From Macrostomum lignano (taxonomy: Eukaryota), in the NCBI GenBank assembly GCA_002269645.1, contig NIVC01000184.1:248001-312000 (forward strand): DNA of 64,000 nucleotides, given 5' to 3'. The notes under the pieces are model-generated. The model had not been told where the DNA came from, made no database searches, and saw only the letters and a list, made by a program, of their open reading frames with translations. Shown here piece by piece: positions 13,795 through 28,010 of this stretch (its first letter is position 1; each line of letters begins with the position of its first letter). The position numbers were made by a program, and so were the translations under genes.

Positions 13795-14245
13795 CATTTG
13801 ATGGGTGTGCCATTTCATTTGATGGGTGTGCCATTTCATCTGATGGATGTGCCATTTCATTTGATTGGTGTGCCATTTCATTTGATGGGTGTGCCATTTC
13901 ATGTGATTGGTGTGCCATTTCATTTGATGGGTGTGCCATTTCATTCGATGGGTGTGCCATTTCATCTGATGGGTGTGCCATTTCATCTGATGGGTGTGCC
14001 ATTTCATTTGATGGGTGTGCCATTTCATTCGATGGGTGTGCCATTTCATCTGATGGGTGTGCCATTTCATCTGATGGGTGTGCCATTTCATTTGATGGGT
14101 GTGCCATTTCATTTGATGGGGGTGCCATTTCATTTGATGGGTGTGCCATTTCATGTGATTGGTGTGCCATTTCATGTGATTGGTGTGCCATTTCATGTGA
14201 TTGGTGTGCCATTTCATGTGATTGGTGTACCTTTTCATCTAATGG
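13795..14245. repeat. 21-bp tandem repeat CCATTTCATTTGATGGGTGTG
   Basis: Direct reading; 7-aa periodic spurious ORFs. Confidence 0.95.
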
Positions 14246-14732
14246 GGGTTGCCATTTCATTTGGTCACTTTCAACCTCTCCCTCCCTACCATAGCCTCGC
14301 AGGGGATTCAAGCCAGGTAGCATGAGCGACATCCAGACGCACCGAGGATGATGAGGGAGGCGCTGACTGCCGGGAATCTTTTAAGCATTTTGATTTTCTA
14401 GTCGAGATAATACTGTGCGTACTAAAGCTGGGGAATCTGAGCCTCTTTGCTGGCCAGTCCATATAAAGAAAGGTATCGCTTTAACGCTCGGATTTCCTTG
14501 GGAGAGGGAGAGCTTTGATGGATGAAGGAATATGAGCATGAGCTCAGCGCGGCTCGGCCAGGGGAGCAGGATGCTGTGGCTACCCGCGGATCAGTTTGAG
14601 TCGGATTATCGAGTCCGCGGATTGAGACTTTTGAGTCGCAACCTTGCCCGCGTGCATACATACATTTTTCCTCTCTTTTTTTCTCGTGAAATCTGTGCAA
14701 AATGCAAAACTGAAATGCGACGGAATTCAATG

Positions 14733-15960
14733 CTCTCTCCCTCAGACCCTCTCTCCCTCAGACCCTCTCTCCCTCAGACCCCTCTCTCCCTCAGACCCCT
14801 CTCTCCCTCAGACCCTCTCTCCCTCAGACCCTCTCTCCCTCAAATCCTCTCTCCCTCAGACCCTCTCTCCCTCAGACCCTCTCTCCCTCAGACCCCTCTC
14901 TCCCTCAGACCCCTCTCTCCCTCAGACCCCTCTCTCCCTCAGACCCTCTCTCCCTCAGACCCTCTCTCCCTCAGACCCTCTCTCCCTCAAATCCTCTCTC
15001 CCTCAGACCCCTCTCTCCCTCAGACCCTCTCTCCCTCAGACCCTCTCTCCCTCAGACCCCTCTCTCCCTCAGACCCCTCTCTCCCTCAGACCCTCTCTCC
15101 CTCAGACCCTCTCTCCCTCAGACCCTCTCTCCCTCAGACCCTCTCTCCCTCAGACCCTCTCTCCTCCAGACCCTCTCTCCTCCAGACCCTCTCTCCCTCA
15201 GACCCTCTCTCCTCCAGACCCTCTCTCCCTCAGACCCTCTCTCCTGAGACTCTCTCTCCCTCAGACCCTCTCTCCCTCAGACTCTCTCTCCTCCAGACCC
15301 TCTTTCCCTCAGACCCTCTCTCCCTCAGACCCTCTCTCCTCCAGACCCTCTCTCCCTCAGACCCTCTCTACTCCAGACCCTCTCTCCCTCAGACCCTCTC
15401 TCCTCCAGACCCTCTCTCCCTCAGACCCTCTCTCCCTCAGACCCTCTCTCCTCCAGACCCTCTCTCCTCCAGACCCTCTCTCCTCCAGACCCTCTCTCCT
15501 GAGACCCTCTCTCCCTCAGACCCTCTTTCCCTCAGACCCTCTTTCCCTCAGACCCTCTCTCTCTCAGACCCTCTCTCCCTCAGACTCTCTCTCCCTCAGA
15601 CCCTCTCTCCCTCAGACCCTCTCTCCCTCAGACCCTCTCTCCCTCAGACCTCTCTCCCTCAGACCCTCTCTCCCTCAGACCCTCTCTCCCTCAGACCCTC
15701 TCTCCCTCAGACCCTCTCTCCCTCAGACCCTCTCTCCCTCAGACCCTCTCTCCCTCAGACCCTCTCTCCTGAGACTCTCTCTCCCTCAGACCCTCTCTCC
15801 CTCAGACCCTCTCTCCCTCAGACCCTCTTTCCCTCAGACCCTCTTTCCCTCAGACCCTCTCTCTCTCAGACCCTCTCTCCTGAGACTCTCTCTCCCTCAG
15901 ACCCTCTCTCCCTCAGACCCTCTCTCCCTCATCCGCTCTCTCCCTCAACCCCCTCTCTTC
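14733..15960 (+). repeat. 16-17-bp pyrimidine-rich tandem repeat ACCCTCTCTCCCTCAG
   Basis: Direct reading. Confidence 0.95.
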
Positions 15961-16504
15961 CTGAAACCCCTCTATCTCAACTCCCCTCAACTCAACCAGG
16001 GAGAATCTCAACGGGACAGATTTCCTAAAGCCCATGGTTACACGGTTCGTTGAACATTATTTTAATAACTGTGAGTAACTAGGCTATCAGTTAGTGTTAG
16101 CCATTTTTATAGGCCCGGCTATCTCGATAACTCCGAGCTGGCTGATAAAATATTAGACTTGCACTGGCTTGGGAGTGACTGGGTGGTACAGAGGAGAGAC
16201 TGGGAGAGAGTTATTGGAGCGAGAATTTGCGGGGTCACAGCCTCCAGACAGGAAATGATGGGTTAGTGGTACCGGGTCGTTAATCTATAAAGAAACTGTT
16301 TTAGAACAGAAATTCCGCCGCCCACTGAGTGTAATCTCCGCTCCGCAGACAGCCGCCTACGAAGTGATGCGTATTTGATTAGACTGAGGATATCCTTGTG
16401 TGCGGTGATGCCGCAGAGTTACCTAAATAGCTCGCTAAAGATTTACGAGCTGGTCCATGAAATCATAACTTGTTTAATGCTTTGTCTATAAAGTTATTTA
16501 GTTC

Positions 16505-17805
<1,301 letters not shown>

Positions 17806-18454
17806 AATGGCGCAAACAGTTCAGCAGCAGCAGCCATCTGAGGCGCTGGTCAATTAGTTAAGGCATCAATTAAAAGCCCCTCAGGCCATGTTTAAGGGTG
17901 CTTCAAACAAGACGTGCGACCCTAGCGCACATTTCTGTTATTTATGCCTGCTTTCAGTAGTCACGGAGTCACCCCAGATAGCCTACAGAGCTTTTCCGAT
18001 TCAGAAGACCTCTCCCTCTCTCTAGCAGCACTCCTTTGCACCGCCTGCCTCATTTGCAGTTGGTGTCTGCGCAGGATTCTGGCAAACTGCACTGCACGGC
18101 TCCCTGACCCTGACCATCCGCAAAAGAGATCGAACTGATTGACATCAGCCAGCTGACGCAAGTCTCTTTTATCCTGACCCGTTAATTTTTTTCTTCACAT
18201 TTTCAGCAAATTTGTTTTAAAATAAACTTAACTTGTGTTATGCATATTCATATTGAATATTATATTTTAGATTATAAAGCTTTTTACATTAACATTCATA
18301 ATGCATATTGTGTTTCCAGTGTAAATTTCTATTGTTTACATTTGTTTCATAGCTCGTGATTAGTTAGTTAGTTTTATACATTAAACACTTTCTCGAGTGC
18401 GTATTTTCGAGATATTCGAAAGTTTGTATCGCCCAATGCGCATATACTGATGCT

Positions 18455-19290
18455 GAAATAGAGACATATTTGACACTGGTGAGGGACCTTAGTGACACCT
18501 GATTGAGGAATCTCGGACACAGCTGATTTAGAAATCCTAGACATCTGGAAGGGATTCTCGGACACCTGCTTGAGGGGGTCCTTGACACGTGATTGGAAAA
18601 TCACCTGATTAGGGAATCTCGGACACTGGATAGGGTTCTTGGACACCTGCTGGAAGGAATCTCGGACACCTGATTGTGGAATCTCAAAAACCCGATTTGG
18701 GAATCTCGGCCATCCGGTTGGGGAATTTCGGACACTTGAATTAGGAATATCGAGTATCTGATTGGGGAATCTCGGACACTTGATTTAGGAATCTCGGACA
18801 TCTGATTGGGGAATCTTGGATATCTGATTTGGAAATCTCGGACACGATTTAGGTATCTCGGACATCTGATTGGGGAATCTTGGATATCTGATTTGGAAAT
18901 CTCGGACACGATTTAGGTATCTCGGACATCTGATTGGGGAATCTTGGATATCTGATTTGGAAATCTCGGACACAATTTAGGAATCTCGGACACAATTTAG
19001 GAATCTCGGACATCTGATTGGGGAATCTTGGATATCTGATTTGGAAATCTCGGACACGATTTAGGTATCTCGGACATCTGATTGGGGAATCTTGGACATC
19101 TGATTGGGGAATCTTGGACACCAAATAGAAATTCTTGGACACCTAGAGTGAATCTCGGACGCCTGCCGACGGAATCTCAAAAACCTGACAGGTTTAGTAA
19201 TCTTAGACGCCCTTGGGATTCTCGGACACCTGCATTGGGAATCTTGGACGCATGATTTATAGGAATCTAAGACACCTGGAAGGGATTCTG
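18455..19290. repeat. Degenerate 21-23-bp tandem repeat (GAATCTCGGACACCTGATTGGG) with ~63-bp higher-order blocks
   Basis: Direct reading; repeated peptide blocks in the minus-strand ORF track. Confidence 0.85.
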
Positions 19291-22200
19291 GGCAACAGTA
19301 AGTCACGTGACTGAACATTCAAATCAACAATATTCACCTTAATTTTCATCGAACAACGTTACTACTTTCTTATATAGTGAAGAGATGCTTCTGTATTATT
19401 TTCTCAGACCGTGTGGTTCACTCGGAACATTTTGCGGTCATTCATCGCTTGTACATGGTGGCGCAGTGCATTTATTAAATATAACTAGTCGCTTTTTTCA
19501 TTGCAAAAAATCCCTTAAGAAATAATCTAGTACTAAAACCCTCTAATTTTGTTACAAAGTGATTACAGACTTTTCCCATTTTAGTTAAAATAAATCAGAG
19601 ATACACTATAAATATTCCGCTCTTTGTACGAACGTAGTTCGTGAAAAAAGCTCTTAATTTATTGTTTTAAAAATAATTCCACCAATATATGTTTTACTTA
19701 TATACATGTATGTTTTGAACTTCAAATACAATGCTCGTCTTGCTACTTGTAGTAGCGAAACTTGTTCATTCACATATTCTTGCTACATTGAATGCTTCAT
19801 TTATCAATCTAAAAATGCAATGCAGCGAAAAGTACACAACTAACCATTATTTCGCACCTTAGTACTGCGAGTACTTCTGTGTATGGATGCTTGATGCGTG
19901 CTATATCTCTCTAGCCACAATAAATCTCCTGGTACTTTGAGTAGTCACATTAATTTGGGGCTACTGCATAAAATTTTGGACGAGAAGTTGTTGTGCGATT
20001 CACACCTTTGAAGGCCAACCCCCAAAGCACAGTGTACATGACATGTTTTGACTATTAGACGTCAGTGCCGCTGGTACACCCTGTGGTTCTTGTATCCGCG
20101 CTTGTAACATGTATATGCTCAGCAAGTCACGTAGAACCAATTGTCTCTGAAAATATATAGTTTCGATCCAATTAATTGCAAATTTCGCAAGTACTGTATT
20201 GTATAAGCGTGTATACGGTGCACATATATGTATAAAAATTGAAATAAAAAGAATACGAAGGAGATTTTGTCATGGACAAACTCTCACTAGAGTAATACAC
20301 GTATATGTCAAATAAGAAATACACAAAGATACAAATAACTAAATTTTAGTCATAGCCAATTGCCTTTCTCTCTGGTAGTACCGCAGTTTTTGACAGCCAT
20401 CAGCTGACACAGATTTTCTCAAAGATTTTGAATTTAAATTGGAGACGATTGGCCTATTAGAACTACGAAGGACGGAACGAGTGTCCTGTTTTTAAACAAA
20501 ATACAAGGTAAGCCCAATGGCAGCAGATTTAGACCTGTCTTATAAGAGCAGTACGTGTAATCTCGGAAAGTGAAGGTTCGAAAATTAGAATTTAGAAAAC
20601 AGACGGAACCAAAAAATAATGGAAGGCAATTGAGAATAAGAAAAAGACAGCCAAAAAGCAATGTAGACATGAACAAAAAAAGCACCCCAGAAAATCGAAA
20701 AAAGCAGTAGAAAAAAGACCCAACAGCTCTGATATACATGTGTAGTTTTATCAGCAAGACGGCCCCTCCTCGTGGCTATAAATGTAAGTGTGCTTAAATT
20801 GATTGTCAACTAGGGTACCACCCCTGATCACCACCTAGATCTAAATACCAAGATCAAACTAAAGCAGGAGAGGAAACATACACAATGCACTTTGAAGCAT
20901 ACAAAGGTCATTGTCTATTCGTAGTCAATTGACGACGACGTGTTTCAATCGCATGTTATTCTGTACTTTCAACCCATGCAGTGTTGAGTGACAATTATAA
21001 ATATGGCTGCATTATGTGTCCCTTATTTTGGGAATGTGCAGGATATGCACTGAGGCTGTCAATTTAACATATAGTGATTGCATGCACAGTGTATATAGCA
21101 ACATGCTATCTGGTCTCCGGGCTTTTATCTGAAAAGCATACTTACGGTATAGTATCAGCTATATATAGGCTTTTTGCATCCATGTATGATTGACCTAAAA
21201 TGATACTGTTGACCATACATTTTTTAGCTTTAAATTGTAACTTTTTACACAAAAACCATGCTGTGGCAAAGTGTACACGCACGTAACATTTTTTACTCAT
21301 GGCGTTAATTTTAAATTTGCGCGTTAGAAGTTACTGTTAACAAAAAAACAAAAATGAATTTTAGCAAAAGTATATAAATTTTTAGAAACAAATTAGTAAC
21401 TTCGAGTTACATTTCGATTATTATTTTTATATGAAGAGAACTCTAAAAGAGAATAATTTAGGTTTTGGACGACGGGGACGGATGGATGATGTCCTTCCTT
21501 CCATTCTTCATTCCACGGAACAATTGTGAACACTGAATAATGCATAATTGCATAAAGACGGATAAAGTAATATTGAATAGCTTTGAACCTGCGAACTGCA
21601 CGCTTAGTCGAGACGGGACGGGCGGATGACACCACGTTAGAAGGCCTGGTTAGGCTAACTACCACCATCCATGGCATAGCCGCATAGGCCTAATTTATCG
21701 TTACAACTTTCTTCTAGTTAGTCAAGAACGAAGCATTATATATAGGCCCGTAAATTTTCACTCAGATTATTTATAATATTAATAATATTATACAATTTAT
21801 TGTATTTGAATATTACATAGGCCTACTATATTTATTAGGCCTATGTATGCCTTGCAGTTGCAGGTGTCTGTCTTGCCTTTTTAGGCCTGCCTATTCATTC
21901 AAGTCTCAATATATTTTATTGAGGTGATATGATGTATAGCCAATAGGTGAAACCATAAATGATGAATCCATGAGGCATAAGCACTATAAATCTGAAAATC
22001 TAGATTTTAAAAATTAAAAAAATTAATTTTTTCTTTGTTTAACCAGATAGATTATAACTAGGGGCCTACAGGAGTATTTTGACATTGCACTTTTGAAATT
22101 TAGTCCAATAAAATAAAAAAGGTATGGCATTTTTAGTAAAAAAATGGGCTAGGCCTAGGCCTATCCTTGTAGTATAAAATTTCCAATCTCCACTGTGATC

Positions 22201-23040
22201 TGGAAGGACAAAAATCAGTCATTTTTTGCAGTTAAGTAAGCATAACTTTAAGAAGTGCCAAACATGGATATCAAGCTATAATGCATAGGGGGTGTATCTT
22301 TAAATGAAAAGTTGGAAAAGGTGGTCTGAGATAGCCTAAGTCAATATTTTTTGCATAGTTTTCTACATTAAAAACAGTTTAACAAAACTGATGATGCACT
22401 AATGATGCTACCTTGTCTTTTAGTAAAAAACTTCTATTGAAATTTTCTTTCATTAATTACAAAAATATTAAATTTGAAAAATAATTTTGGCTCTTAAAGT
22501 TAGCTCCTATTATATATATACATTTAAAGTTGAAATTTTGTTCAATGGTTCATCTTGTCATCGTCATTGTTACAAATTAAATTCAAGATGGAGGTGGTTT
22601 TTTTTCCAAGATCACAAATTTAAATTTGGCACAAAATTTCACTATCTTTTTGGTCATCATTCCTCTAGTTATACCCAACAAATCAAGCTATTGGTCTCAT
22701 TTTAAAGCAGGGATAATTTCCTTTCTATTATATATTTAATTTTTTGCAGCTCTTCTGAATAGTATGTTTTTTATGGCCTTAAAAAAGCATTTTCCCCATT
22801 TTTCTCTATTTACATGCTTGAGTCAGTAGAGAGGCCTAGTGCTTATTAGTTATTAGTATTGTAAAATACTGGTCAAACACTTAGACAGATCTTAGAGATT
22901 TAGTATATTGTGATAAAGTAGGCCTAATTTGTGTAATACCATACCAATTATCCATTGTCCTTTCTCATATTAGACCAGATCCCATAGTCCCATAGGAGGT
23001 CAGGTCAGAGAGAATATATTCGGTTGCTTTCATAGGCCTA

Positions 23041-24096
23041 AACAAACCCTAAATTTCACAATGTTGCAAGACAAACTTTCATAAGCTCTAAATTTCATAA
23101 ACCCTAATTTTCACAACATCAAAAACAAAACTTGCATCAAACTGTATAAACTATAAATTTCACAAGCCCTAAATTTCATAATGCCTAAAAGCACTATAGA
23201 GATACAATCTTTTTTATACAATCTTTCTGTATTTCCATAGTGTTTTTAGGCATTGTGAAATTTAGATCTTGTGAAAGATTGTATCTCCATAGTGTTTTTA
23301 GGCATTGTGAAACTTAGGGCCATAGTTTGGAACACCCTGAATGTATGCTGGACTAAAATCTCTCACAAGTTTTTTGGTACACCAGTGTATGCCAAATTTT
23401 GACTGCATGCCCACTCAAATCTACGCCGGTATTGTAACAATAAATGACCTTTTTTACGTTGCAACAAAAAATCACTTTTTTAAATTGCATAAAGTAACCT
23501 TTTTGAGCTACTAATTTGGTTCATACTTTTGGTTTTTTGCTGATATTATTTATTGCGGAAATTTATAACACGCAAAGATTTGTTTAAATTTTTGTATTAT
23601 GAGCTCTAAAAACCCAGAAAGCTTGAATTTTATGCTTATAAAAATGTTTTATCTTTTTTCACTTTTTACAAACTCTTCCATGTGATTCTATTAACTGCAT
23701 GCACACTAATTTTTTATGCTATTTGATTTGATTCTGCAACTGCAAGAACATGTACGCAACTTTTTGAATATACATATTTATACACTAGATAAGTATACCA
23801 GATTTTAAAAAGTTAAAAATTTGTTTGCCAAGTGTATGCCAAAAGTTGTGAGTGTACGCTAGATTAATCTGGCATACCACCCCTCTTCCGGACTATGGAC
23901 TTAGGGCTTGTAAAATTTAGGGCTTTAGGTTTTTAGATGTTATGAAATTTTGGGCTTGTGAAATTTAGATGTTGTGAAATCTATTGCATTGCTTATTTTT
24001 GACATTGTGAAAATTTAGGGTTTATGATGAAATATAGGTCTTATGGAAGGTTCTAGTTTCAACATTATGGAAATTAGGGTTTGTGAAATGACCCTG
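23041..24096. mobile_element. Foldback/MITE-like element with long modular inverted arms (AAATTTCACAA motif) and a nested insertion
   Basis: Left arm ACAAACCCTAAATTTCACAATGTTG...CATAAACCCTAATTTTCACAA aligns with the reverse complement of about 24000-24090. No ORF. Confidence 0.65.
23320..23898. mobile_element. Non-autonomous TIR element with CCATAG...CTATGG ends and an 8-bp flanking duplication
   Basis: Ends CCATAGTTTGGAA / TTCCGGACTATGG (11/13 inverted match). ACTTAGGG lies immediately on both sides (23312-23319, 23899-23906). Confidence 0.55.
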
Positions 24097-26295
24097 ATAT
24101 ATCCCTTGCCCTTAGTAGGCCTTATTTCTCCCTTTGCCTATATATGCCATTGCACCCTATTATTAGTGGAAGTGGTAGCTAGTTTTTTGTGTCATAGGCA
24201 TGCCATGACATGTCAAAATTAAAAATGGCATAATGATTTTATCTTATTATGCCAAAATGGCATAACAAGTTTTGCCATTATGCCATTACCAAATTGCCAA
24301 TGTAGATAATGCTAAATCCCCAATTCTAAATTCCAATTTTGCTTTTAAATTTGCCAAACTGGCAAGCTATTGTCGCTACCATCTGTATCTAAAAGGAAAC
24401 ACTAATATGGGCTCACAAAGTGCTATTTTACATTTTAGGCCTAATATCAATGGCATGTCAAAATTAAAAATGGCATAATAGTTTGGCATAATGGCATAAC
24501 AATTTTGACAAAAAACCTAGAGTGAAAGTTATAATTAGGCCCTATCTGCTTTCCTAGGCCCTAGCAAATTTTTAAAATTGGAGCAAATAGGCCTATCTTG
24601 CCTATGCTAAATCTTACAAAAATTTGTAAGAAAAAAGCCAAAGTATAAGGCCTACATATAGATCTTGTCAAGATCATAAGCTAATAGTTGTATAGCCAAT
24701 ATACTTTTCATGACCTTTTGTAGCCAAAGCCAATGTCCATTGGCATATCATGGATAGTGTCTAGGCCTAATATAGATTTGTCTCTAGCAATATAGCCTAT
24801 AAGTATAGTCCAATATGCTGGTAAGGCTTGGCATTGGAAAGGGGGCATACAGTATAGTTTAGACCTTGTCTTAGTTCCCTATAATAAAGGTCTTGATTAG
24901 GCCTAGTAATATATTAGTTAGGACCTAGTTTATAATTTCATTAAAAAGTAAAAAAACTATTGTCAATATACTTAAGCAGTTGAAGCCTAATACCAATTAG
25001 TCAATGTGCAAAAATTATTTTTTAATCTTACCAATATATAAAGACACTTTTAGGTATTTTGTGTTTGAATATTAATCAAATGGCTTAAAATGTTTTTTAA
25101 TAAAAAAATAGTTTTTACACTTTTTGTATTATCTATTCTTTTTTAATATTTTTGTAGTATATTTTGCCTATTAATATTAAGCACTCTGGTGATTTTTGCA
25201 TGTATTGATGCAAGCTTGCATGCATATAATCATATTGTATACTAATCAATTTCTATGCTCAACTAATATAGCAGTTTTTGCTTTTTATTGATTTATTATA
25301 TAATATTGTAATATTAATAAAAATAAATATAGTACAACTAGAATAGCTAAAACCTTTGCAAAAATGCCTAAAAAGTCATTCTTAGGCCTAAAATATATCA
25401 AGAGACTATCAAGAGTAAAAGAGACTTTTACCTTTCTATTGGTATTCATCTAATTTTATTTCCAACCATTAATATTTGTCTTTCTCTGACTTATTCTTTG
25501 GATTTCTTTTAGCTTTTATAGTAGAATCCAATGGTCACTAGGACTAGATTTTTGCAATTGATACAAAAAGGACTAAGGAATGCAAGAGAAAGAGCATAAG
25601 TCAAAAACAAATAAGTAAACCTTGGCCTAGGGGCAGATAGCCCTATTGGCTTAGCCACAAAACCATGCATTTGGCCAGCCAATCAAAATCCTACCTAGGT
25701 AGAGGGGGGGGGGGTGCAGCATCCATGCCAAAGCTTTTAGCCTAGAGATTTAGCCTAGCCTAGATTTAGCTAATTAATTGAGCATGGGGCAAGGCAAATG
25801 GCTAGGGAAGGACACTCCCTGCCAGTTCCAAAGTGTATTGCACACTATACAATAGAGAATAGACAAAGGCACTTACCATAAAGCATTGAAAAAAAGGTAT
25901 AAGTGTAAACATAATTAAAAATGTCAATTTGAAATAAAAATTGGCTTTATCTTTAAGGTAGTCTTGTTACTTATAGATATAAAGTCCATTACTAAATTGA
26001 AATTTTTGAACTATGTAAGCATCCTAGTTCTTTATCAAGAGTGTAGATATGAGGCTACTACTATAAGATCAAAGTCCATGCTAATGTTAGCCAATAAGCA
26101 ATTGATTATGTTAGTTAATAAAAAATGGATCAATTTTCATTTATTTCTTCAAATTTAGGCTGCTACTGGGTTGTTAGCTATTTTTTTGCATTTTGTTTTT
26201 AGAACAGCTCGAACACTTGTTATACTTTTTCTATATTTCCTACTTTCTGTAGCTTATCACTGTGATTGGCCTTTACCTATTAATATTCGGTAGTC

Positions 26296-26587
26296 ATGGT
26301 TGAGAATGGTGTAAATGGTATTACAACAAAGAAGCCACAAGAGCCAAGTGTCAATGGCGGCGATACTGCAGGCCCAGTGAAGGCTAACGCAAAAACTGGC
26401 GCCACGGGTGCCAGCCAGCTGGAGCTGGAGCGTTGCTTATTATGTCAGCTGTCCGCCCAGACTCTGTCATCAACTCGAGCTCCTGGCGCTGTTGGCGAAG
26501 TTTGGTCGCTTGTGTCTGCTAATTGGATGCGAGCCTGGCGTCGCTACGTTAACTCTCGGGGCTGCGAGGAAGACGGGGAGATGGATG
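26296..26587 (+). CDS. USP15: USP4/15/11-family deubiquitinase exon 1 of 7 (DUSP N-half); full model 26296-36087, 987 aa
   Basis: [20 protein letters not shown]-like segment; donor GTAAGT at 26588 (phase 1). The seven exon lengths sum to 2964 nt = 988 codons. The symbol is family-level (USP4/11/15 co-ortholog). Confidence 0.85.
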
Positions 26588-26594
26588 GTAAGTG

Positions 26595-26630
26595 TCTGTG
26601 TTTCTGTCTGTCTGTCTGTCTGTCTGCCTA

Positions 26631-26729
<99 letters not shown>

Positions 26730-26756
26730 GCCTGTCTGTCTGTCTGTCTGTCTGCC

Positions 26757-26797
<41 letters not shown>

Positions 26798-26896
26798 GCC
26801 TGTCTGTCTGCCTGTCTGTCTGCCTGTCTGTCTGTCTGTCTGTCTGTCTGTCTGCCTGTCTGTCTGTCTGTCTGTCTGCCTGTCTGTCTGTCTGCC

Positions 26897-26945
<49 letters not shown>

Positions 26946-26996
26946 GCCTGTCTGTCTGTCTGTCTGTCTGCCTGTCTGTCTGTCTGTCTGTCTGCC

Positions 26997-27049
<53 letters not shown>

Positions 27050-27052
27050 GCC

Positions 27053-27085
<33 letters not shown>

Positions 27086-27088
27086 GCC

Positions 27089-27125
<37 letters not shown>

Positions 27126-27172
27126 GCCTGTCTGTCTGCCTGTCTGTCTGTCTGTCTGTCTGTCTGTCTGCC

Positions 27173-27205
<33 letters not shown>

Positions 27206-27220
27206 GCCTGTCTGTCTGCC

Positions 27221-27289
<69 letters not shown>

Positions 27290-27296
27290 TTCTGTC
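26595..27296 (+). repeat. (TCTG)n microsatellite filling USP intron 1
   Basis: Direct reading. Confidence 0.97.
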
Positions 27297-27354
27297 TATC
27301 AATCGGGCACCCATTCGCAAACGGTAACCGCAAGATAACTGTATAACTATACAG

Positions 27355-27881
27355 GCATCAGACCGCAAGCATCCCAACCTCCCGCAGAGGCCGAGAGTCT
27401 GGGCCACCCGGGCCCTATAGACAATTCCTCGATTCTGGTGTCGCAACCCGAGTTAAACGGCTCAGTTAACGGCAGCACCAGCAGCAGCGGTCGCCTCCGG
27501 CCTCATTTATTAGACGGCGTGGATTATTCGCGCTTAGCCCCGGAGGCTTGGCAACAGTTGCTAGGCTGGTATGGCCTAGCGCCGGGTCAGGTACCTGTGC
27601 TCAGGCCAGCCCGACAACTAGGCAGGCTGTCACGCCGGCTGGATATTGAGCCGTACCCGCTGCGACTGCGACTGGCCGCCTGGGACCGGCCTAATGAACA
27701 GACTGTCCGAGAATTCTCCCGGACAGACTCGCTGTCCGATGTTAGTAAAGAAGCTGTGCGCCTACTGAAGCTGGCAAAGCGGCCGTTTAGATTGTGGCTA
27801 TACGATGACGCTGCTAAAGATGCTGCGAATTTGCGACCGCTGCCTACTGCTGCGGATGCGTGCCACCGATTGGACCAGCTG
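27355..27881 (+). CDS. USP15: USP exon 2 (DUSP C-half and UBL)
   Basis: Acceptor ctatacag|; HPGPIDNSS and W..L..WYG motifs; donor GTTAGT at 27882 (phase 0). Confidence 0.88.
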
Positions 27882-28010
27882 GTTAGTCATGGGCGTCTGT
27901 GTTTTATAATCATTATTTACTATTTATCGGCTATTTATCAGTCTTTATTATATCTCTAATGAACTGTCTGTAGGCCCATATATATAATACCATTACAGTA
28001 AGCTAACGGA

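Noticed and set aside
17944-18161. Minus-strand 66-codon coiled-coil-like ORF
   Set aside because: No splice context or homology that I can support.
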